56,335 bases of DNA from positions 1 to 56,335 of the forward strand of contig JBGANF010000041.1 of NCBI GenBank assembly GCA_044222475.1, read 5' to 3'. Positions 49,973 through 56,335 of the stretch are shown here, in pieces. The translations under genes were made by a program, and so were the position numbers. The DNA is from Polyangiaceae bacterium (lineage in GTDB: Bacteria > Myxococcota_A > Polyangia > Polyangiales > Polyangiaceae). The notes under the pieces were generated by a model. The model was not told where the DNA came from, ran no database searches, and saw only the letters and a list, made by a program, of their open reading frames with translations. How positions within the stretch are numbered: position 1 is the stretch's first letter; each line of letters begins with the position of its first letter.

Positions 49973-51318
49973 TCGCCGCCTCCGCCGCCCATCAGCTTCG
50001 CGCGAAGCTCCGGCGGGAGCTGGTTGAGGAGCTCGGGCGGAAGCTGCGGGTGTCCGCTTGCGCCGTAGTTCACCCGCTTCGGCGGGAGCGCGTTCGGATC
50101 GAGGCGGCGCAGACGATCGTCGGCGGCGATGCCGATGATGTCCATCTGGTGGCCGTGATCCGGCTGGGCGAAGCGATCGTGGAGCTGGTGGAGCATCTCC
50201 TTCGCCTTCTCCTTGTCGCCCTGGGCCTCGAGCACGCGAGCCTCGTGGTACATCCCGAGCTCCTTGAAGCCGGCCACGTCGGTCGCCTCGAGCTCCTTGA
50301 ACGCGGTGAGCGCGGCGGCGAGGTCCTTCTCTTTGCCTTCGGGCTTCATCTGCGCCCGGAGCTCGTGGGCGAAGCCCATCCCTTCCAGCGCGCGACCCTT
50401 CACCTCGGCGTCGGCCGCGGCGAGCGGAGAGGACTTCACCTCTTCGAACGCGGCGAGCGCGCCATCGGCGTCGCGCTTGTCGAGGAGGAGCGCGCCCTCG
50501 CCCAGGCGCGCGAGCGTCGCCGCGCCGGTGCCTTGGAAGTTCTTCGCGACGTTGCGGTACTTCGTGAGCGCGGCTTCGCGGCGATCTTCGACCGTCTTGA
50601 AGTAGTGCGCGGTGTCGTCCTCGTCGTCCTTCGGGGGCTCGCCGATGCGGGCGTGCTCGTCGGTGATGGCCGCAGCCAGCTCGACCGAGGCGTCCTGCGA
50701 GCGCTTCTTCTCGTAGTAGCCGTACCCGACGAACGCCACGGCCACCGCGACGGCGACACCGACGATGGTCCACACGGTCTTCGCGTTCTTCTTCGCCCAA
50801 TCGCCGAATTTCGCGGTGCGCTCGAGGAGCGGATCGGCGGCCTCGACGGCGGCCGGCACGCGACGCTTCGTCGTGGAGCTGCGCGCGTTCTTCCCGATTT
50901 TCTTGAGCTTCTTCGACGCGGCGAGCGCGAGGCCGGCCTTGCCGCCCCGCTTCTTCAGCTTGCGCCGACGCTCTGCGAGCTTGCGCTCTTCGGCGCGCGC
51001 GATCTTCTCGATCTCGTCGTCGTCTTCGCCGAGCGCTTCGACGCGCTTGGCGATTTCCTCGGGTGAAGCAGCGGCGAGGGCCTCGTCGTCCTCTTCTTCT
51101 TCCTCCTCCGCGTCGTCCTCTTCGTCGGACTCCTCCTCGGACTCGGACTCCTCCTCGGACTCGGACTCCTCCTCGGACTCGGATTCTTCCTCGGACTCGG
51201 ACTCTTCCTCGGACTCGGACTCTTCCTCGGACTCGGTCTCCTCCTCGGATTCCTCGTCCTCGTCGTCGTCCTTCTCGTCCTCGTCGTCGCGGTTTTTCTT
51301 GGATTCGTCGGCTGCCAC
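49969..51318 (-). CDS. YfgM-like TPR membrane protein with acidic N-terminal extension
   Basis: Asp/Glu-rich N-terminus, DWAKKNAK followed by a TM helix, TPR-like helices; yfgM-bamB-type gene order. Confidence 0.75.
   Translation of the reverse strand: MAADESKKNRDDEDEKDDDEDEESEEETESEEESESEEESESEEESESEEESESEEESESEEESDEEDDAEEEEEEDDEALAAASPEEIAKRVEALGEDDDEIEKIARAEERKLAERRRKLKKRGGKAGLALAASKKLKKIGKNARSSTTKRRVPAAVEAADPLLERTAKFGDWAKKNAKTVWTIVGVAVAVAVAFVGYGYYEKKRSQDASVELAAAITDEHARIGEPPKDDEDDTAHYFKTVEDRREAALTKYRNVAKNFQGTGAATLARLGEGALLLDKRDADGALAAFEEVKSSPLAAADAEVKGRALEGMGFAHELRAQMKPEGKEKDLAAALTAFKELEATDVAGFKELGMYHEARVLEAQGDKEKAKEMLHQLHDRFAQPDHGHQMDIIGIAADDRLRRLDPNALPPKRVNYGASGHPQLPPELLNQLPPELRAKLMGGGGGE
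51125..51253. repeat. Coding 18-bp tandem repeat (EEESES, about 7 units)
   Basis: tcggactcctcctcggac units with small variants. Confidence 0.9.
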
Positions 51319-51359
51319 GGCGCGCAGACTAGCAGGCTGCGCCCAAAACCAAAGCGACT

Positions 51360-54284
51360 TCAGGGGCCTCTCGTACCCGTACTCGTACCCACGGGCGCCG
51401 GAGGCGGCAGCTCCACCGACGCAGGGACGAGCCAGAACCCACGAACGAGCCCTCCGGAGACCTCGATCCGCACCGATTCGGCCCCCGAGAGCGGACCGAG
51501 CTCGAGGCTCGTCTCGTCGGCGCCCCCGGCCGGCACCGAGAACGTGCGCCCTTCGATGCGCACCTCGGCCGGACCGCGCGTCGCGAACCGAACGACCAGC
51601 CGCGCCGGCCCCTTCGGGGCGCGCACGGTCGCTCCGAAGCTCGCGGACGGCGTGGCGGTGAACGCGCCCCCATTCGACGCGACCAGCAGCCCTGCGGACT
51701 CGGCGATCGCCACCGAGCCATCCATGGGCTCGGGCAGCCCCGCGAAGCGCATCAAGGGCGGAAGCATCGCGTCCCCGGCGCCCAGCGCCGCGAGCGCCCG
51801 CGCCTCGTGGACCCGTACGCTCACGTAGCGCTCGTCGGCTAACGTTTTCAGGAGCTCGGGGATCGCCTTCTTGTCTCCCACCGCCCCGAGCGCGTCGGCG
51901 GCGTACGGGCGCAGGCGCAGATCGTGGAGCGCGGCGAGCAGCGTCGGCACCGCCGCCGTCGCCTTCGCCGCGCCGAGGGCGGCGACGATCTCGCGGTCGC
52001 GCGCGAAGCCCGCCTCGCCCGACGACAGCCAGGTCGCGAGGACCGCCGCGTGAGCCGGATCACCCCGCTCGGCGAGGACGAGCGCTGCGCGCCGCGCCCA
52101 CTCGACGTCGGCGCCAGCGGCCAGGGCCGTGACTCGCGCGTCGATGGCTCCCCCGCCCCGCGCGATCGCCAGAGACTCCCACCGCATCGTCTCTTCGTCG
52201 TGCTCTCGCTCGAGCGCGCGGCCGAGCTGCACGAGCACGTCCTTCGAGTGCAGCTCGAACAGCGTCGCGGCGGCCTTCTGCCGGATCTTCGCGTCGACGT
52301 CGTCGAGGAGAGCCGCGACCTCCGGCGCCGCCGCGACGTCGCCTTGCATGCCGCGGCGCAGCGCCTCGGGCCAGGCGTTCGACGCCGTTCCTTCGAAGCG
52401 CCCGTGATCGTGCCCGACCGCGGCCAAGGTCCCCCGCAGGCGCTCCACGTCGGCCGCATGCGCCGGGCTCACGTCGCGCCGCTCGCCGCGATCGGTCGCC
52501 ACGTCGTACAGCGAGCACGCGGCGATGCGTTTGTCGCAGACCCAACGCAGCGAGCCCTCGGCGAGCATCTCGTAGTCGTCCGTCTCGACGAACGCGAGGC
52601 CGCGGTCGCCCGGTTGCTCGCCCGAGTGCAGGATCGGTCCGAGGTCGCGCCCTCGGATCCGAGCGGGTCGCGGGATGCCCAACGCCGAGAGCGTCGTCGG
52701 CAGCAGATCGATGGTCTGCACCGGCGTCGTGATGCGCTGCTTCGCCACGCCGGGACCGACGACGACGAGCGGCACGCGCACCTGCTCTTCGTACACGGTG
52801 GTCCCGTGGTAACGACCGCCGTGGTCGCCGAACTCCTCGCCGTGGTCGGCGGTGACGATGAACACCGCCCCGGGACGGGCTTCACGCACCACCCGAACGA
52901 TCGCGCCTATCCCCTTGTCGGCATAGATGATTTCGCCGTCGTATCGGTCCACGTCCCGATCGCCCGTCGGGATCCCGTCGTGCGCGACGTACGGCTCGTG
53001 CGGCTCGAAGAAGTGCACCCACAGGAACAGCGGGCGGTCCTTCGGGGAGCTCGCGAGGTAGTCCCTCACCTGCGTCTCGCGGAGCTCGGGCGACGCGAAC
53101 TCCTCCTTGCGGTACTCGAAGTCGAGGCCCTTGTCCCTGAAGGGTACGAAGCGCTCCGGATCGATGAAGAACACCGCCGGGGGATAGAACGCGGCGGTGC
53201 GGTAGTCGTACCGCCGCAGGTGGGTCGCCCACGCCTCCGAGTCCTCGCCCATGCCGAGCACCAGGAGCGGCCGCATGTACTTCCCGGTCATCATCGACGT
53301 GACCGAGTACGACGTGTGCGGCGTGGGACAATACGCGTCCTCGAAGAGCGTCCCCTCGGCCGCCAGCGCGTCGAGGTTGGGCGTCGTCTTGGCGTCGTAC
53401 CCGTAGGCGCCGACGTGATCGGCCCGGAGGGCATCGACCGAGATCAGCACGATGTCCTTGCCGCTCCAGTCGAGGGTGCGCTTCACCTCGCCGATGTCCG
53501 GCCCCTGCCCCGCCACGACGTCGGCCTTTGGGGGCGCGATGGCGGCGGCGATGCGGATGCTCCGCCCGATCCACGGTGCGTGCTCCACCAGGATGCGCCG
53601 CAGGTTGTCGTAGCCGCGAAGGCGCTGCGCCGCCGCCGGCGCGTACGGGATCGACAGCGCAGAGACGACCAGCGCCGCGAATCGCGCGCGGCCCAGGCGA
53701 TCTCCGAGCACCGCGCCGCCGAAGCCGCACGTGAGGAGCGCCAACGCGAACGTGGCCTCGTGGAAGCCGGGATACAGACGCGGAAGGACGAGGGCGTCGA
53801 CGAGGGTGAGCGCGCCGGCGACGCCGAAGAACGCTCCTGCCCCGCGCGCCGGGCTCTCCTCCGCCGCCAACACCAGCCGCGGAGCCCGGCTCGCCCCGAG
53901 CCCGGCGACCGCCGCGACGACGACGATGAACGGGACGCGCAGCGCGAGGCTCTCGAAGTGGCGCCCGTGCGTCACCGAGAACGCCACCCCCGCCGCCGCC
54001 ATCGCCGCCGAGAGTCCGAGCGCCTTGCCTGCGCTCGGACCCGCGAGGCACGCCTCGTAGACCATCGCGACCGCGAACGCGGGGATCGCCGCCACCGCGA
54101 GCCACAGGGGCGCCGCGGCGGTGCGCGCCGGACCGAGCTCCCACGCGCCGGCGAAGAGCTCGCGGTACGCGAACCCGACCACGACGTGCTCGATCACGAG
54201 CGCGCCGAACCAGCACAGCAGGATCGCGCCGGCCCTCGCCGCGAGCTTACGAAAGAGAGCGCGTGGCGCGCCGCGTCTCACCAT
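51360..54284 (-). CDS. Membrane-bound sulfatase-like hydrolase/transferase with HEAT repeats
   Basis: N-terminal TM bundle; ISVDALRADH, TPNLD, HFFEPHEPY, YDGEI, TADHGEEF; HEAT-like repeats (AADALG). Confidence 0.85.
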   Translation of the reverse strand: MVRRGAPRALFRKLAARAGAILLCWFGALVIEHVVVGFAYRELFAGAWELGPARTAAAPLWLAVAAIPAFAVAMVYEACLAGPSAGKALGLSAAMAAAGVAFSVTHGRHFESLALRVPFIVVVAAVAGLGASRAPRLVLAAEESPARGAGAFFGVAGALTLVDALVLPRLYPGFHEATFALALLTCGFGGAVLGDRLGRARFAALVVSALSIPYAPAAAQRLRGYDNLRRILVEHAPWIGRSIRIAAAIAPPKADVVAGQGPDIGEVKRTLDWSGKDIVLISVDALRADHVGAYGYDAKTTPNLDALAAEGTLFEDAYCPTPHTSYSVTSMMTGKYMRPLLVLGMGEDSEAWATHLRRYDYRTAAFYPPAVFFIDPERFVPFRDKGLDFEYRKEEFASPELRETQVRDYLASSPKDRPLFLWVHFFEPHEPYVAHDGIPTGDRDVDRYDGEIIYADKGIGAIVRVVREARPGAVFIVTADHGEEFGDHGGRYHGTTVYEEQVRVPLVVVGPGVAKQRITTPVQTIDLLPTTLSALGIPRPARIRGRDLGPILHSGEQPGDRGLAFVETDDYEMLAEGSLRWVCDKRIAACSLYDVATDRGERRDVSPAHAADVERLRGTLAAVGHDHGRFEGTASNAWPEALRRGMQGDVAAAPEVAALLDDVDAKIRQKAAATLFELHSKDVLVQLGRALEREHDEETMRWESLAIARGGGAIDARVTALAAGADVEWARRAALVLAERGDPAHAAVLATWLSSGEAGFARDREIVAALGAAKATAAVPTLLAALHDLRLRPYAADALGAVGDKKAIPELLKTLADERYVSVRVHEARALAALGAGDAMLPPLMRFAGLPEPMDGSVAIAESAGLLVASNGGAFTATPSASFGATVRAPKGPARLVVRFATRGPAEVRIEGRTFSVPAGGADETSLELGPLSGAESVRIEVSGGLVRGFWLVPASVELPPPAPVGTSTGTRGP

Positions 54285-54493
54285 CTAGCACCGCGCCCAG
54301 CTGAATGGACCGCGCAGGTTCCGGTTGGCGCTGCGAGGCCGGTGCGTCGTGGTCCAGAAGTCGAATGAGTCGCGGGCGCGCGTCACTCGCGCGCTTCGAG
54401 CAAGTGGGCGGCGGCCCCGCCGCATTCGTCGCGCTGCCGCTGCTCGAAGAGCAATGGCATCCCGAGACAGGAGCGATTCATCTGACTTCAGCC

Positions 54494-55354
54494 TCAGCCG
54501 TCGATGACGATGTGGCGCAGCTTCATCTGGACGTCGCTCGACCAGTGGTTCTTGAAGGCGCGGACGCACGTCGAGAGGTAGCGCACGTAGTCGTCGTAGA
54601 CCTTCTGGCCCCAGGTCTCGACGATCTCCTTCTGGTGGAGCTCGAGGCGACGGAGCCACTCGGCGGTGGTCTTGCCGTAGTGCACGCGGCGGGTCTTCAG
54701 CTCGACGATCTCGAACGACGGGTTGACCGCCATCACGAGCTCCTCGAGGCGCGGGTTCAGACCGCCGGGGAAGATCACGTCGGCCGTGAACTTGAGATCG
54801 GCGATGTCGTCGCGGGTGCGGGGGACGCGGTTGCGGAGGATCGCCTGGAAGGCGAAGAGCCCGCCCGGCTTGATCCACTCGGCGACCTTGTTGAAGTACT
54901 TCCGGTAGATGTCGACCGCTTGCCCCTTGGCCGCCTGGGCCGGCGAGCAGAGGTGGTCGATCATCTCGATCGAGACGAGCGAGTCGTATTTCTCGGCCGG
55001 GACGTAATCCTTGTAGTCTACACACCAGGCGCGGAGGTTCGGGATCTTGCGAGCGTTGATCTCCTCGAACTGGGACTGGCTCAGCGTGATCCCGTGGGCC
55101 TGCTTCACGCCGCGGCGGACGATGTACTCGAGGTTGGCGCCCCAGCCGCAGCCGATGTCGAGCACGGTCTTCTCGGGCGAGAGCTCCGCGTACTCGTAGA
55201 GGATCCGGCTCTTGTTCTCTTGAGCTTGCTCGAGGGTGTCGGTGTCCTTCTCGTACACCGCGCAGGTGTAGTGCATGCGCTCGTCCAGCCAGAGCCGGAA
55301 GAACTCGTTGGACACGTCGTAGGAGACTTCGATTTCTTGTTTCGTCGACGTCAC
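54494..55354 (-). CDS. Cyclopropane fatty acid synthase-family SAM methyltransferase
   Basis: YDVSNEFF, MHYTCA, LEQAQ, VLDIGCGWG, ITLS, VSIEM, IFPGG, HYGKT. Confidence 0.9.
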   Translation of the reverse strand: MTSTKQEIEVSYDVSNEFFRLWLDERMHYTCAVYEKDTDTLEQAQENKSRILYEYAELSPEKTVLDIGCGWGANLEYIVRRGVKQAHGITLSQSQFEEINARKIPNLRAWCVDYKDYVPAEKYDSLVSIEMIDHLCSPAQAAKGQAVDIYRKYFNKVAEWIKPGGLFAFQAILRNRVPRTRDDIADLKFTADVIFPGGLNPRLEELVMAVNPSFEIVELKTRRVHYGKTTAEWLRRLELHQKEIVETWGQKVYDDYVRYLSTCVRAFKNHWSSDVQMKLRHIVIDG

Positions 55355-55557
55355 GGGCGGTACCTCGGCTGGCGGGAGGCGCTTTCTTACTCAATTCCAG
55401 GCGGCGTGCCAACCAGACCCGAGTGCGTAGCGTGCTACTCAGCTCGCCGGCCCCGGAACGGGTGAGTCGGACCCGTCCCCGTACCCCTACCCGTCCCCGC
55501 CGCAGCCACCACCACGCCCTCCTGGCCCAGGGACGCCGCGACCCTCTCCGACGTTGG

Positions 55558-56031
55558 TCAGCGGAACACCACTTCCAGAACCTCGTAGACCCGCTCCCCG
55601 CCCGGCATCCTCATCTTCACCTCGTCGCCGACCTCTTTTCCGAGGAGCGAACGCGCGAGCGGGCTCGAGATGCTGATCGTCCCCTCGTCGAGCTTGGCCT
55701 CGTCGGCGCCGATGATTCGGTAGGTGACCTCTTCGTCGGTCTGGGTGTTCGAGAGCGTCACCGTGGCCCCGAAGGACACTCGGCTGCCCGAGAGCTTCGA
55801 CGGATCGATGACCTCGGCGAGGGCGAGCTTCGCCTCGAGATCCTTGATCCGGGCCTCGATGAAGCCCTGGCGATCCTTGGCGGCGTGGTACTCGGCGTTC
55901 TCGCTGAGATCGCCGTGGTCGCGCGCGACCGAGATCGCTTGCACGATCGCGGGGCGTTCCACGCTCTTCAGATGATGGAGCTCTTCACGCATCTTCGCGT
56001 GGCCAGCGGGCGTCATCGGATGCTTTTCCAC
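55558..56031 (-). CDS. greA: Transcription elongation factor GreA
   Basis: [37 protein letters not shown]. Confidence 0.97.
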   Translation of the reverse strand: MEKHPMTPAGHAKMREELHHLKSVERPAIVQAISVARDHGDLSENAEYHAAKDRQGFIEARIKDLEAKLALAEVIDPSKLSGSRVSFGATVTLSNTQTDEEVTYRIIGADEAKLDEGTISISSPLARSLLGKEVGDEVKMRMPGGERVYEVLEVVFR

Positions 56032-56135
56032 GAGCCCTTTCTACCACGAAGCGACACCGTCGGGGGCTTCGCGCCGACACGCCACGAGAGACTCGGCCGT
56101 CGCATGCCCTCCACCGATTGGGCGGGTCGCCGCTC

Positions 56136-56257
56136 GGGAGCGGGAGCGGGAGTGGGAGTGGGAGTGGGTGAATCCCCAAAAAAATGGACGCTTCGTCGCA
56201 AACGTCCCAGTTTGGTACCTCTCCCCCTCCCTCTCCCCCTCCCCCTCCCTCTCCCTC
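56136..56257. repeat. Inverted hexamer arrays (gggagy)n / (ctcccy)n
   Basis: gggagcgggagcgggagtgggagtgggagtggg followed by ctccccctccctctccccctccccctccctctccctc. Confidence 0.7.
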
Positions 56258-56335
56258 ACGAGCCCACGCGACGTACCCGGGCGTTTTTCCGCAGCCGGCC
56301 AGGTGCTACCTTGCTCCGCAATGGGCATCATCGGC

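Overview
High-GC chromosomal window with myxobacterial traits (MYXO-CTERM-like tails, many lipoproteins, a Ser/Thr kinase-ATPase-TPR protein); a Myxococcota/Polyangiales origin is inferred. Most of it is housekeeping: partial hisS, ruvX-mltG, tkt and zwf-opcA-pgl, tRNA-Gln/tRNA-Glu, CIRCE-groES-groEL, a Crp regulator with a class II cNMP phosphodiesterase, a HelD-like ATPase, yfgM/bamB-like genes and greA. The standout is a tightly coupled minus-strand operon at 40551-47086. It encodes a cobalamin-binding (class B) radical SAM enzyme, seven divergent secreted/lipoprotein paralogs and a surface-anchored esterase. The seven paralogs share an N-terminal R-x-x-[TV]-x-x-H-x-x-x-[LM] motif and a G-Y-x-V-V-D-[PM]-[ML]-P-x-P motif, which suggests a RiPP-like system that modifies lipoproteins after translation. 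Also notable: a four-helix-bundle gene enclosed by inverted hexamer-repeat arms (with an empty relative elsewhere), a chorismate mutase divergent from an RlhA-like U32 gene, an uncalled 36-aa basic protein, and a TetR operator inside a coding sequence. All calls come from reading motifs by eye; no database searches were run.
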